This document shows, piece after piece, positions 8,474 to 17,800 of a stretch of DNA of 64,000 bases. Below the pieces are notes generated by a model. The model saw only the letters and a list, made by a program, of their open reading frames with translations, was not told the origin of the DNA and searched no databases. The translations under genes and the position numbers were made by a program. The stretch is from Gemmatimonadota bacterium. Lineage in GTDB: Bacteria > Latescibacterota > UBA2968 > UBA8231. The stretch lies in NCBI GenBank assembly GCA_038128265.1, contig JAYPJE010000008.1, positions 20,139 to 84,138 on the forward strand, in the 5' to 3' direction. Within the stretch, counting starts at the first letter, position 1; every line of letters starts with the position of its first letter.

Positions 8474-9790
8474 TTAACGTTGCCAAATCCGCAGGCGCTG
8501 TCCATCGTGTCCGGCACCCACTAATATGCTGCCATCGGCGAGTGCGGCAGCGGCTATATTCGTCGTTATCTCTCCGCCCAACGCCACCTGCCACAGGCGC
8601 CGCGCTCCGCCGTCGACGCGCCCGATAGCAGCCAGGTGGGTGCGCGCCTGGTTGGGCAGCAGCAGTTCGAGCCCCCCGTCGCCATCAAAGTCACCCACCA
8701 GCCCCATATCGAGGTTGCGCGTCCCAATGACGTGCGAAGTGAAGCCATCCAGCTGCGCGGCGATTTCCAAACGACCTGCGCGCCGCGCGTAAAACTCGAC
8801 AGTGCCTCCTATATGCGGCGTGCGCACGGCGACCAATTCGCTCTCGCCCCCGGCCAGCGGCGCCCACGCCAGAACGTGCCGCCAGCGAAAACCCCTGCCC
8901 ACCGGCTCACTCGTCGCCAGCGCCGTTCCGTCTTCGGCAAAAATCGCCACGCGCGCACCCGCATGTTCGTCGCTCAGCGTCGCAATCAGTTCGCGCTGCC
9001 CATCGCCATCCCAATCGACCCAGAGCGGCGCCAGCCCTTCGGCCACCAAAGGCGGCGAGAAATCGATCTGCGCCTCTACGCGCAGCCCCCCCGCAGTGGC
9101 GACGATGACTGCGCCCCCGGCCTCGATCGCATCGCCGAGCACGCCGTGCGCATAGCGCGTCGTGGGCCGGTTATACAGCGCCAAACGCCCTTCTTCATCG
9201 ACGAGCAAACGCGCGTCGGGTAGCGGGTCGACAAATAGGCGCTCCCGTTCACCTTCGGCAGACACGACGAGATAGCCGCCGTGATCGATGTGTGCCGTGC
9301 GCCCGTCGGGCAAGGCTACCGGGTGCGAGAATGGCGCGGCCATCCCGTCGCCGACCATAAGCCGCGCGCGCAGAGCCCCTTCCACCGCTAGGGCGGGCGG
9401 CGCGCCGACGGGCAGCTGGTCGCTTCCCACCCCCACCGGCGCATACGTCCCGTCAGCTAGGCGGAAGGCCTGCACGCGCCCGTCGTCCAGCGTCACAACC
9501 CACACGCTGCTGCGACCGGTCGGTGCCGCAACGACCCACGCCGGCACACCATCAAGCGCAATATCCACCGCGCGCGCATCGGGCAACGCCCCGCGCCCCT
9601 CAACGAGGCGATTGCCATCGGCGCGGTGGTGCGTGTAGGCCGCGCGTTGCACCGGGTCGAGATCGGCTACATCCGCATCATCTCCTGCCGTTGTTTGCAC
9701 GGGACCATCGCCGCATCCCAACGCAATCAGAGCCCAAACCAGCCCTCGCAGCGCAACCCGTACACAAGCGACTGCGCGGATATTGCCCAA
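8474..9790 (-). CDS. FG-GAP-repeat lipoprotein (start uncertain)
   Basis: Lipobox-like LIALGC; DWDGDGQREL and GDFDGDGGLEL Ca-binding repeats; conserved-looking HGVLGDAIEA, TPHIGG. The ORF-track start at 9835 leaves only 6 bp to the divergent gene, so TTG at 9790 was chosen. Confidence 0.7.
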   Translation of the reverse strand: MGNIRAVACVRVALRGLVWALIALGCGDGPVQTTAGDDADVADLDPVQRAAYTHHRADGNRLVEGRGALPDARAVDIALDGVPAWVVAAPTGRSSVWVVTLDDGRVQAFRLADGTYAPVGVGSDQLPVGAPPALAVEGALRARLMVGDGMAAPFSHPVALPDGRTAHIDHGGYLVVSAEGERERLFVDPLPDARLLVDEEGRLALYNRPTTRYAHGVLGDAIEAGGAVIVATAGGLRVEAQIDFSPPLVAEGLAPLWVDWDGDGQRELIATLSDEHAGARVAIFAEDGTALATSEPVGRGFRWRHVLAWAPLAGGESELVAVRTPHIGGTVEFYARRAGRLEIAAQLDGFTSHVIGTRNLDMGLVGDFDGDGGLELLLPNQARTHLAAIGRVDGGARRLWQVALGGEITTNIAAAALADGSILVGAGHDGQRLRIWQR

Positions 9791-9841
9791 ACAGAACTCT
9801 CGGCTATTTTCTCTTATCGACACCAACCCAATCAAGAGCCA

Positions 9842-10858
9842 ATGAACACAGAAGAAGCAAACCGCTCTGTAGGCCTATGGCTGCTCTCTGTCTGCACCAT
9901 CATCACCATTCTCATCGTCTTTGGTGGCTGGGTGCGCTTGACGCGCTCGGGGCTATCCATCGTCGAATGGAACGTGATCACCGGCATTATTCCCCCACTC
10001 AGCGAGAGTGATTGGCACAGCGAGTTCGCCAAGTATCAACAGTCACCTGAGTACAAAAAAATAAACGCCGGCATGCCGCTGGAAGAGTTCAAATTCATCT
10101 ACCACATGGAATTTTGGCATCGCTTCCTGGGACGCATCGCCGGTCTCAGCTATGTGCTGCCACTGCTCTACTTCATAAAGCGCGGCGTCATCCAACGCGC
10201 ACAGATGATCACCTACCTAGGCATCGGCCTGCTCTTTGCCCTGCAGGGGCTCATCGGCTGGCTGATGGTCAAGAGCGGTCTCGAAGATCGCCCCAGCGTG
10301 AGTCATCTACGCTTAACGCTGCACCTCAGCGGCGCGCTGCTGCTGCTGGCGACCTGTCTCTGGCAGGCCTTCCGGCACCTGTGGCCGCGCATTCGCCCCG
10401 GCATGCCCCATTCGCTGTGGCAACCTAGCGCACTGTTCTTCACCGCGCTCTGCCTGCAAATCGTCGCCGGCGGATTCGTGGCCGGCTTAAAGGCCGGCTA
10501 TATCTCCGACACGTTTCCCCTCATGTTCGGCCAGCTCATTCCAGGCGGCCTGCTGAGCCATACCCCTGCCTGGATCAATCTGCTAGACAACGCTGCCACG
10601 GTGCATTTCCAACACCGCTGGTTCGCCTTTATAGTGCTGGGATTGGCCTGCTGGCTCTACTACAAAGGGCGCGCGCCAGATGCTACGCCCCTGCTGCGCC
10701 GCAGCACGCAGGCCGTATTGGGCATCTGCCTCCTACAGGTGCTGTTGGGCATCGCCACCGTGCTGGGCGGCATGCCCATCGCCGTAGCCTCGCTACACCA
10801 GGCCACGGCAGTCGCCCTATTCGGCGCAGGACTGTTCACCTGCTACTGTTCGTCCTAG
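9842..10858 (+). CDS. ctaA: Heme A synthase, COX15/CtaA family (type 2)
   Basis: GGWVRLTRSGLSIVEW, EFAKYQQSPEY, EFWHRFLGR, VHFQHRW, SLHQ. Confidence 0.92.
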   Translation: MNTEEANRSVGLWLLSVCTIITILIVFGGWVRLTRSGLSIVEWNVITGIIPPLSESDWHSEFAKYQQSPEYKKINAGMPLEEFKFIYHMEFWHRFLGRIAGLSYVLPLLYFIKRGVIQRAQMITYLGIGLLFALQGLIGWLMVKSGLEDRPSVSHLRLTLHLSGALLLLATCLWQAFRHLWPRIRPGMPHSLWQPSALFFTALCLQIVAGGFVAGLKAGYISDTFPLMFGQLIPGGLLSHTPAWINLLDNAATVHFQHRWFAFIVLGLACWLYYKGRAPDATPLLRRSTQAVLGICLLQVLLGIATVLGGMPIAVASLHQATAVALFGAGLFTCYCSS

Positions 10859-11382
10859 ACCAGCGGCTGTTCCTCTTCACTTACAGAGGCGACCAGCACC
10901 TCTAATAGGCGCTGTAAATCGCTGTGACGCCGGTGTGCGAAGCTGCTCCACGCGGCACGCGCAGCGGCGTACGAGGCGAAAAAGCCCACGATCCCGATGA
11001 GTGCCATGCCCTCGATTGAGCTAGGCTGAAACGCAAAGCCGCCGATGGCCGCCGCTACGAACATTCCGGAGAATAGTATCGCAAAGAAGGCGAAAAACGT
11101 CATCGAAGCATAGTCTGCGCGGATGTGCACGTGTGCGCACTCTGCCCGGTTTTGCGCTGTGACCTGCAGCGCTTCGACATCGCTGCTATTGCGCCAGTCT
11201 AAGCGCTCGCCCGATTCGACAATCTGTCCGCGCCGATTGGTGAGACGCGTGATGAGTTCAACAAGCGCAGCGTGGTGCTCTGCTGCCAGCGGCGCTTCGC
11301 TGCGGGCCGATAGATCGAAGCGCATGGGCGCTCCCAATAGCGTGGTTATCCACGCGGCATGTCCACTCTTCACATCGGACAT
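10855..11382 (-). CDS. Hypothetical membrane protein
   Basis: 175 aa ORF with two C-terminal TM helices; last gene of a co-oriented run. Confidence 0.65.
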   Translation of the reverse strand: MSDVKSGHAAWITTLLGAPMRFDLSARSEAPLAAEHHAALVELITRLTNRRGQIVESGERLDWRNSSDVEALQVTAQNRAECAHVHIRADYASMTFFAFFAILFSGMFVAAAIGGFAFQPSSIEGMALIGIVGFFASYAAARAAWSSFAHRRHSDLQRLLEVLVASVSEEEQPLV

Positions 11383-11392
11383 CGCTAAACCG

Positions 11393-12112
11393 TCATATCA
11401 TTTCGTTGGCAGCTAAAAAGCCGCGCAGGCTGGACAGTACATTTTCCTTCATGATCAAATACCCCCTGCCGTTGGGATGCAACTCATCAAACATGAGCTG
11501 GGCATTCCACCATATACCCTCGAAGAGGTATTCAACGAGTGGAAGCTGGTACTGGTCGGCCAAATCGACCACCATGGCATGGTAATCCAATAGAGGCTCA
11601 GACATGGACTGCAGCCGATGTCCCGTTGGCGTGCTCTCTATCATATCGGGATGCAGCGCACTAATCAGGGCCACGGCGCTGCCCTCTGCGTGCAGGCGCT
11701 CAATAATCTGCTGCATGTTCGCGCGCGCGTCCTCCACCGACACGCCCCGTATCAAATCGTTTGCGCCGTATTCCAGCAGGACCAGAACAGGATTGTGCAG
11801 CAGCGTTTCGCTCAGCAGTGCAAGCCCATCACGCGTGGTCGATCGCGGCTGTGCCAAGTTGACTATAGGCAGGCGCAAATCAGCACTCAGCAGCGTCGGG
11901 TAGGCCGAATCGCCCGCACAGGGCACGCGCGGAGGCAGCACCCGACAGCCCGAGCCATAGCCGAAGGTCAGACTGGTGCCCATGGCGACAATTACGTCGC
12001 CTTCACCCCATTCGATGCGCGCGGGCTGACCGGGATCTACCGGATTGGGCGCATCTCCAGAGCAGCCGAGCAGAGCGATACACGACGCAAAGAAGACCAA
12101 GCGATGCATCAT
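11393..12112 (-). CDS. SGNH/GDSL-like esterase lipoprotein
   Basis: Lipobox LLGC; block I GTSLTFG, GAND, DELHPN; ATGA overlap with the upstream gene's stop. Confidence 0.85.
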   Translation of the reverse strand: MMHRLVFFASCIALLGCSGDAPNPVDPGQPARIEWGEGDVIVAMGTSLTFGYGSGCRVLPPRVPCAGDSAYPTLLSADLRLPIVNLAQPRSTTRDGLALLSETLLHNPVLVLLEYGANDLIRGVSVEDARANMQQIIERLHAEGSAVALISALHPDMIESTPTGHRLQSMSEPLLDYHAMVVDLADQYQLPLVEYLFEGIWWNAQLMFDELHPNGRGYLIMKENVLSSLRGFLAANEMI

Positions 12113-13176
12113 GCGCATTGCTCCAGGCCGGCGCGCAAACGCTCGATGCGCTGGCAAGAAGCCTCAATGCGCGCGCGGCTTATCTGACCGGCTTCGACCA
12201 TACCGGCGATCGCAGCGACGGCACGGGGCACGACGTCGGGCTCGTATAGCGTGTTGTTGGCCAGCGCGATCATATCGACACCTGCCTCTATAGCCAGGCG
12301 CAACGCCTGCTCAAAGCCATAGTGGTTCGCTATGGCACCCATCTGCATATCGTCGCTTACGACGACGCCTTCAAAACCCAGTTCGTCGCGCAATAGGCCC
12401 TGTAGTATCGCCGATGAGAGCGTCGCCGGATGGTTTGGGTCGAGGCCGCGATGAAATACGTGCGCCGTCATAACAGCGTCGACACCCCCCTCTCCCAGCA
12501 GCCGGCGATAGGGCTCCAGCTCGCTAGGCGACCACGTATCGGTAACGTCGGCCACGCCCAGATGCGAATCCGCGGTCGATGAACCGTGTCCAGGGAAATG
12601 CTTTAGCGCGCACAATACGCCGGCGCGCCGATGGGCTTCGACAAACGAGCGGGCCTGGCGAATAACGACCTCCGCATCGGCAGAAAAACTGCGCTCATTG
12701 CCGCCAATGACGGGGTTGTCCGGGCGCAGGTTGACGTCGACAACGGGGGCCAGATTAAAGCGTATGCCCAGATCGGCTAGCGCCCGGGCGACAGCGCCTG
12801 CCAACCGCGCCGTCTCCTCGCCGTCATCGGCGGTGCCCAAGGCCTGTGCCGATGGCAGAGCGGGAAACCCAAGGCGCTCTTTAATACGGCAAACGCGCCC
12901 ACCCTCCTGATCGACGCATACCAACACCTCGCGCTCGGCGCGCGCCTGCAGCGACGCAACGAGCTGCTCGACCTGCTCGAGTGACGCAATATTGCGCGGT
13001 CCACTTTGCAGGGTGACATCAAAGTCAAACAGCACGACGGTGCCCACGCCGTATTCGCGTATATCGCGCAAAATAGGATCGCCCTCATCGACAGAGAGGC
13101 CGCGAAATCCAACCATGAGCATCTGCCCAATCTGACGCTCTAATTCCACCCTCTTATTCCTCCCCGCAACGGCCAT
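12109..13176 (-). CDS. nagZ: GH3 beta-N-acetylhexosaminidase (NagZ-like)
   Basis: DQEGGRV, NLAPVVD, KHFPGHG, DSH, SDDMQMGAI. Confidence 0.88.
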   Translation of the reverse strand: MAVAGRNKRVELERQIGQMLMVGFRGLSVDEGDPILRDIREYGVGTVVLFDFDVTLQSGPRNIASLEQVEQLVASLQARAEREVLVCVDQEGGRVCRIKERLGFPALPSAQALGTADDGEETARLAGAVARALADLGIRFNLAPVVDVNLRPDNPVIGGNERSFSADAEVVIRQARSFVEAHRRAGVLCALKHFPGHGSSTADSHLGVADVTDTWSPSELEPYRRLLGEGGVDAVMTAHVFHRGLDPNHPATLSSAILQGLLRDELGFEGVVVSDDMQMGAIANHYGFEQALRLAIEAGVDMIALANNTLYEPDVVPRAVAAIAGMVEAGQISRARIEASCQRIERLRAGLEQCA

Positions 13177-13218
13177 GCCGGCTCCGGGCGGCGCCTACCA
13201 ATTCGTCCCACGTCGATT

Positions 13219-13944
13219 TCATGCGGCTCGATATCGATTCTCGACGAGAATTTCGGCAGCGCCGCTGTGTGGGTCGATCGAGCGCACCGCCAGGGAAATC
13301 TTATTGTCGCTATTCAGATGCGACCAAAAATGCGCGGCGATTGACGATGCACCGCCCGATAAGTCCAAAACGTAGGGCGCGCCGTCAAACGAGGGCAGCG
13401 GATTGCCGTCCCCGCAGTACGTAGTTATAGCATAGCCGCTGCCGGGCGGTATGTCGTCATAGCGGAAAAAGTGGCGCTCGGATGCATCGTCGCTAAAGGG
13501 ACTTTTCTTTAGTATGGAGAGCCAGCAAACGCCCGCTTCCAGGTCCGTGCATCCCGAAATGCGCGGCGTAAAGTTTGGCGCATCGGGTTCGTGATGCCAC
13601 GCGGCGAGCGAGTCGGCAAACGACCCACCCGCTTCTACCCCTCGCCAAATCGCATCCGTCTGCACGCCATTGCTCACGACAAAACGGCGCCCGCTGGTGC
13701 GCATGGCATTGTATATGATGAGCGAGGGATCTTCGACCTTGGCCGGATCAGCCGCCTGCGTGCGCAACATACCCTCTTCGCAGACAAAGATGCGGTTGCG
13801 ACTATTTTCGCTGCGCCCCATGATCCAATACACCTGTATCCACGCTCCATCCTCCGCCCTTCCAAGCACGATGCCGCGACCGGGATACGGATTGTTTGCC
13901 AGGCGTTCGCGCAGATTATGCGCTGACAGCGATTGGGACATCAC
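13219..13944 (-). CDS. IMP cyclohydrolase-like protein (PurO-related family)
   Basis: NPYPGRGIVLG, YWIMGRSENSRNR, SLIIYNA, SNGVQTD, EPDAPNFTPRISG; AGGAGG RBS. Confidence 0.82.
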   Translation of the reverse strand: MMSQSLSAHNLRERLANNPYPGRGIVLGRAEDGAWIQVYWIMGRSENSRNRIFVCEEGMLRTQAADPAKVEDPSLIIYNAMRTSGRRFVVSNGVQTDAIWRGVEAGGSFADSLAAWHHEPDAPNFTPRISGCTDLEAGVCWLSILKKSPFSDDASERHFFRYDDIPPGSGYAITTYCGDGNPLPSFDGAPYVLDLSGGASSIAAHFWSHLNSDNKISLAVRSIDPHSGAAEILVENRYRAA

Positions 13945-14026
13945 TACCTCCTAACCAATTATTTCTGCGCGGAATATACCATAAGACCTACGCGACAACA
14001 ACGTCCATACGGCCTTTGCCAAACGC

Positions 14027-14074
14027 AAAACGGCGGCGTTTCCACACAGGGGGTCTGCTTGGAAAACGCCGCCG
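14027..14074 (-). terminator. Intrinsic terminator after the 65-aa gene
   Basis: CGGCGGCGTTT / AAACGCCGCCG stem; minus-strand TTTT follows. Confidence 0.6.
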
Positions 14075-14119
14075 AGCACATGCGATAGAGCCAGCGCGCA
14101 AAAAATGTGATTTAGCGTA

Positions 14120-14317
14120 CTAGGCGCTGCGCTTCAATACGGGCAAACCGTTTTTGCTCTCGGAAACTTCATATCCGGCCGGCACGCTGTCTAAAACACC
14201 TTCCTTCTCCGTCTTAGCAAAGAAGTAAATCGTTTGCGTATTGCCGTTTTTCAGCGTTGTGGTCCGCGAGTGCAAGATATAAGTCGACCCCTTTGAATTG
14301 GTATATGTGAAGGCCAT
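14120..14317 (-). CDS. Conserved small hypothetical protein (65 aa)
   Basis: MAFTYTNSKGSTYILH...IYFFAK...PAGYEVSESKNGLPVLK; AAAGGAG RBS; own terminator. Confidence 0.85.
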   Translation of the reverse strand: MAFTYTNSKGSTYILHSRTTTLKNGNTQTIYFFAKTEKEGVLDSVPAGYEVSESKNGLPVLKRSA

Positions 14318-14482
14318 GAGCGGCGCTCCTTTGAAAATGGTGCCGAACTGCGTAGGATCTGCGCGGTGGGGCGCGCTCTGTTACAGCACCAGTGCGACAG
14401 AGGGGCTATTGGGTACAAAGCTAGCGTTTCCGCCCAATTGCGCAACCAGATTTTACCCCATACACCGAAAGTCGATACCCCG

Positions 14483-15469
14483 TTACGCACTCAGAATCGC
14501 TTCTATGCGCTGTAACTCTTCTGCAGAAAAGTCCGCTCCTTCCAGGCAGGCGACGTTTTCCTCTATCTGCTGCGGCCGGCTCGCGCCGATCAACGCCGTC
14601 GTCATGGCCTCGTGGCGCAGGACCCAGCGCAGGGCCATTTGCGCCAGACTCTGCCCTCGCGCGGCGGCCAGTTCGTCGAGCTGACGGATCACCGCGAGCT
14701 TGTCTTCGGTGATCTGATCGCTCTTGAGAAAGCCGTGACTCTTGGTAGCGCGCGATCCCTCGGGAACGCCAGCTAGGTATCGGTTAGTCAACAAGCCCTG
14801 GGCAAGAGGGCAGAACGCGATGCAGCCTATGCCTTGTTCTGCCAGCACTCTTAGCAAGCCGTTCTCTTCAATGCGCCGGTTGAACATGCTATACGATGGC
14901 TGATGTATCAGGCAGGGCGTGCCCAAGTCGCGCAGCATCTGCGCCGCTTCGCGCGTGTGCTCTGGACTGTATGACGAAATGCCCACATAGAGCGCCCGGC
15001 CGCTGCGCACGGCGTGATCAAGTGCCGCCATCGACTCTTCGAGAGGCGTCTCCTCATCCGGCCTGTGGTGGTAGAAAATATCCACGTAGTCGACGCCAAG
15101 TCGCCCTAGGCTCTGATCGAGGCTGGCCAGCAAATACTTGCGCGATCCAAAGTCGCCATAGGGGCCCGGCCACATGCCGTAACCGGCCTTGGTAGAGATG
15201 ATGAGCTCGTCGCGATGCGCCGCTAGATCTCCCGCCAGAATGCGCCCCATATTTTCTTCGGCTGACCCCGGCGGAGGGCCGTAGTTATTGGCCAGATCGA
15301 AATGGGTTATTCCCAAATCAAAGGCGCGCAAAACCATGGCACGCGAGGTTTCAAAGGGATCGACGCCGGCGAAATTGTGCCAGAGCCCGAGGGAAATAGC
15401 CGGTAGTTTCAAGCCGCTGCGTCCACAGCGGTTGTATGTCATATTGTCGTAGCGGTCCGAAGATGGCAT
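14483..15469 (-). CDS. Aldo-keto reductase, L-glyceraldehyde-3-phosphate reductase (YghZ/Gpr-like)
   Basis: RCGRSGLKLPAISLGLWHNF, FDLANNYGPPPGSAE, STKAGY, HQPSYSM; ATG at 15469. Confidence 0.92.
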   Translation of the reverse strand: MPSSDRYDNMTYNRCGRSGLKLPAISLGLWHNFAGVDPFETSRAMVLRAFDLGITHFDLANNYGPPPGSAEENMGRILAGDLAAHRDELIISTKAGYGMWPGPYGDFGSRKYLLASLDQSLGRLGVDYVDIFYHHRPDEETPLEESMAALDHAVRSGRALYVGISSYSPEHTREAAQMLRDLGTPCLIHQPSYSMFNRRIEENGLLRVLAEQGIGCIAFCPLAQGLLTNRYLAGVPEGSRATKSHGFLKSDQITEDKLAVIRQLDELAAARGQSLAQMALRWVLRHEAMTTALIGASRPQQIEENVACLEGADFSAEELQRIEAILSA

Positions 15470-15547
15470 GTGCTTCCCGTCTCCTCTCAGATGTGAATGG
15501 GATTGGCAATCAAGATAGGCCGGACGCGTGGCCTCTACAAGCACCTC

Positions 15548-15576
15548 TTGACGGATCGGCCCGGATGCCATAAAAT
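15548..15576 (+). promoter_or_regulatory. sigma70 promoter for rpsU
   Basis: TTGACG-N17-TAAAAT, near consensus. Confidence 0.75.
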
Positions 15577-15643
15577 ATTGTTTTGCTGTATCCAGCACAG
15601 AAAAGCAGCGAATTCTACTTTCGGCAATACACGGGAGCCCATT

Positions 15644-15883
15644 ATGAGCAATTTTAGCGTGGAAGTGCGGTCGGATGAGCCTTTCGAGAAGGCGTTGCGC
15701 CGATTCACTTCTAAGACGCGGCGCGCCGGCCTGCTGCGCGACCTGAAAAAGCGCCGTTTCTACACCAAGCCATCGGTGCAGAAAAAGATCGATAAGCAAA
15801 AGAGCGTTCGGCGCCAGCAGAAGGCCCTGCGCATGGCCGCAACCGGTCAGACGCGCGGCGGACGCGGACGCACTCCCCGCTAA
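15644..15883 (+). CDS. rpsU: 30S ribosomal protein S21
   Basis: VEVRSDEPFEKALRRF...GLLRDLKKRRFYTKPS. Confidence 0.93.
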   Translation: MSNFSVEVRSDEPFEKALRRFTSKTRRAGLLRDLKKRRFYTKPSVQKKIDKQKSVRRQQKALRMAATGQTRGGRGRTPR

Positions 15884-15903
15884 GGGACGACCCATATCGA
15901 CGG

Positions 15904-15936
15904 ACGGCGGCACTCTTGGAGTGCCGCCGTTTTTTT
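15904..15936 (+). terminator. Intrinsic terminator after rpsU
   Basis: ACGGCGGCACTC-TTG-GAGTGCCGCCGT followed by a T-tract. Confidence 0.88.
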
Positions 15937-15953
15937 ATGCGCACCGCAGGGCG

Positions 15954-16376
15954 TTAGTGCGTCTGAAAAAATTCAATGCTCTCGCCGCTGGGACCGCGAA
16001 AAAAGGCAATCGTCACGCTCAGACCGCCCAAATCGAGATCCTTCGGTTCTACCGTCACTTCGTAGCCGGCCTGGCGCACGTGCTCGATGGCCGCCCGCGC
16101 GTCCGTAGTAGCCAGCGCAAAGTGGGTCAGCGGATCGTTGACACTTTCGCTGTCGGGCGCCGGTGATGACGTCGTTGGAGCAAAAAGCTCCATATGGCTG
16201 CCATCACCTATATCGAGCAGGATTATCTTGCGCTCGGGCGAGCCAAACTCCGCTACCAGTTCCATTCCCAGCACGTCTCTATAGAGCGCAAGGGATGCTT
16301 CCCAGTCGCGCGCCTGTACGGCGATGTGATGCGTTCCACAGCCGGCTATAACGGCATTCTTTTTTCCAATTGGCAC
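15954..16376 (-). CDS. VOC / glyoxalase family protein
   Basis: HHIAV...FY-like LYRDVLG, ELF, THFAL, FFRGPSGESIEF; AGGAGG RBS, GTG start. Confidence 0.88.
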   Translation of the reverse strand: MPIGKKNAVIAGCGTHHIAVQARDWEASLALYRDVLGMELVAEFGSPERKIILLDIGDGSHMELFAPTTSSPAPDSESVNDPLTHFALATTDARAAIEHVRQAGYEVTVEPKDLDLGGLSVTIAFFRGPSGESIEFFQTH

Positions 16377-16573
16377 GATGTCCTCCTATCGCTTGAGTGT
16401 GTAGAATCTCTCTCGCCAACGCACAGAGCGCAAATTATCCAATCGCTGGAGTGCAAGCATCTATACAGCCGCGCTACCGCACGGCCTGCCGATGCCAGAA
16501 AGGCGCTTGCCCAAAACAGCACAGACCCCATCTTTGGATAAGGCACGCCGCTACACGGAGGGAGCCATTGGCT

Positions 16574-17800
16574 ATGATCCGCCGCTTTACTATTCCCGTG
16601 CGCAAGGTACTAATCGGCCTGCTGCTGTTGGGCGCAGTCGAGCCTGCTGTAGCAATCCGCTTGGGACTGCGCACGACGCGCATACACCCCCTTACTGATC
16701 TGCCCGACCAATCGGGTCTGGGCGCGGGCGCCTTTGCGCGCGCTTCGCTCAACCCGCGCTGGCAAGGCGAACTCAATGCAGGCTACGGTGGCCTGCGCGG
16801 AGACGACTACACCACGCACGCTATCAGCGGCGAGAGTCGTTTGCTCTACGGATCGCACAGCAGCCCGCAGTGGGCATTGGGGCTCTTTGCCGGCGTAGGC
16901 GTAATGGGCTACAAAATAGCCTCTTCCCCTGCGCAGCGAACGCTCGGTGCGCCCGCCAGCGGTTGGACCACCGTTGTTCCCGTTGGCCTGCGCCTGAGCA
17001 AGGGTGCCACTTCGAGCGTAGAAGTAGCGGCGTCTTACACATACACGCTGAGCGATGAATTGAATCGCGCGGCCCTCACCAAGGGCAACGATGCGCTGTG
17101 GAGTATCGAAGTTGGCATTTCCTTTGGCAGCGCAGCACCCGCCCGCCAACCGGCGTCACCGGCGACCGCCTCGGTTGCACCACAGCCGCAGAACACCACC
17201 GACAGCGACGGCGATGGACTGAGTGACTGGCTGGAAACGCAGCGCTATTTCACCAATCCCGTCATGGCCGACAGCGACGGCGATGGGCTGGACGACCGCG
17301 AGGAAATTGAGATATACGGCACCTATGCCAACCGCTTGGACAGCGATAACGGCGGCGTGCGCGACGGCGATGAGGTGAAGCGCGGTTCCAACCCACTCGA
17401 CGCCGGTGACGATTTCTTGCCCGAGTACATTCTCGAAGAGGACCCGCCGACCGTTCCAGCCGTCGCGTACGAGCTACCGGTCATCTACTTTCCGAGCAGC
17501 GGCGTTCAGCTGGTAGCCGAAGCGCGCGAAAGCCTCGAGCGCACGGCCGCCTATATGCGCATGCAGCCCAATGTGCTCTTGGAACTGCGCGGACACTCCG
17601 ACGGCGAGGGAGCCCGCGCCGTCAACCTGCAGCTATCGAGGCGGCGTGCGGAAAAGGTAAAGGCCTACTTGGTCAAACTGGGAATACCGGCCGACCGCCT
17701 GCGCGTGCGCGCCTTTGGCGAAGCACACCCCGTCGCCTCCAATGCCACGCAGGAAGGACGCCTGCTCAACCGACGCGTAGAGCTGGTTCCCATACGCTAA
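16574..17800 (+). CDS. OmpA family protein (beta-barrel, Ca-binding DxDGDG repeats, OmpA_C domain)
   Basis: Signal peptide; DSDGDGLSD, DSDGDGLDD, DSDNGGVRD; LRGHSD, NLQLSRRRA, NRRVEL. Confidence 0.88.
   Translation: MIRRFTIPVRKVLIGLLLLGAVEPAVAIRLGLRTTRIHPLTDLPDQSGLGAGAFARASLNPRWQGELNAGYGGLRGDDYTTHAISGESRLLYGSHSSPQWALGLFAGVGVMGYKIASSPAQRTLGAPASGWTTVVPVGLRLSKGATSSVEVAASYTYTLSDELNRAALTKGNDALWSIEVGISFGSAAPARQPASPATASVAPQPQNTTDSDGDGLSDWLETQRYFTNPVMADSDGDGLDDREEIEIYGTYANRLDSDNGGVRDGDEVKRGSNPLDAGDDFLPEYILEEDPPTVPAVAYELPVIYFPSSGVQLVAEARESLERTAAYMRMQPNVLLELRGHSDGEGARAVNLQLSRRRAEKVKAYLVKLGIPADRLRVRAFGEAHPVASNATQEGRLLNRRVELVPIR

Noticed and set aside
15470..15913. Long N-terminal extension of the aldo-keto reductase ORF
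   Set aside because: It is antisense to rpsU and its promoter; the likely start is ATG at 15469
17200..17410. Repeated GACAGCGACGGCGATGG DNA
   Set aside because: Encodes the DSDGDG Ca-binding repeats of the OmpA protein; not a CRISPR array or mobile repeat
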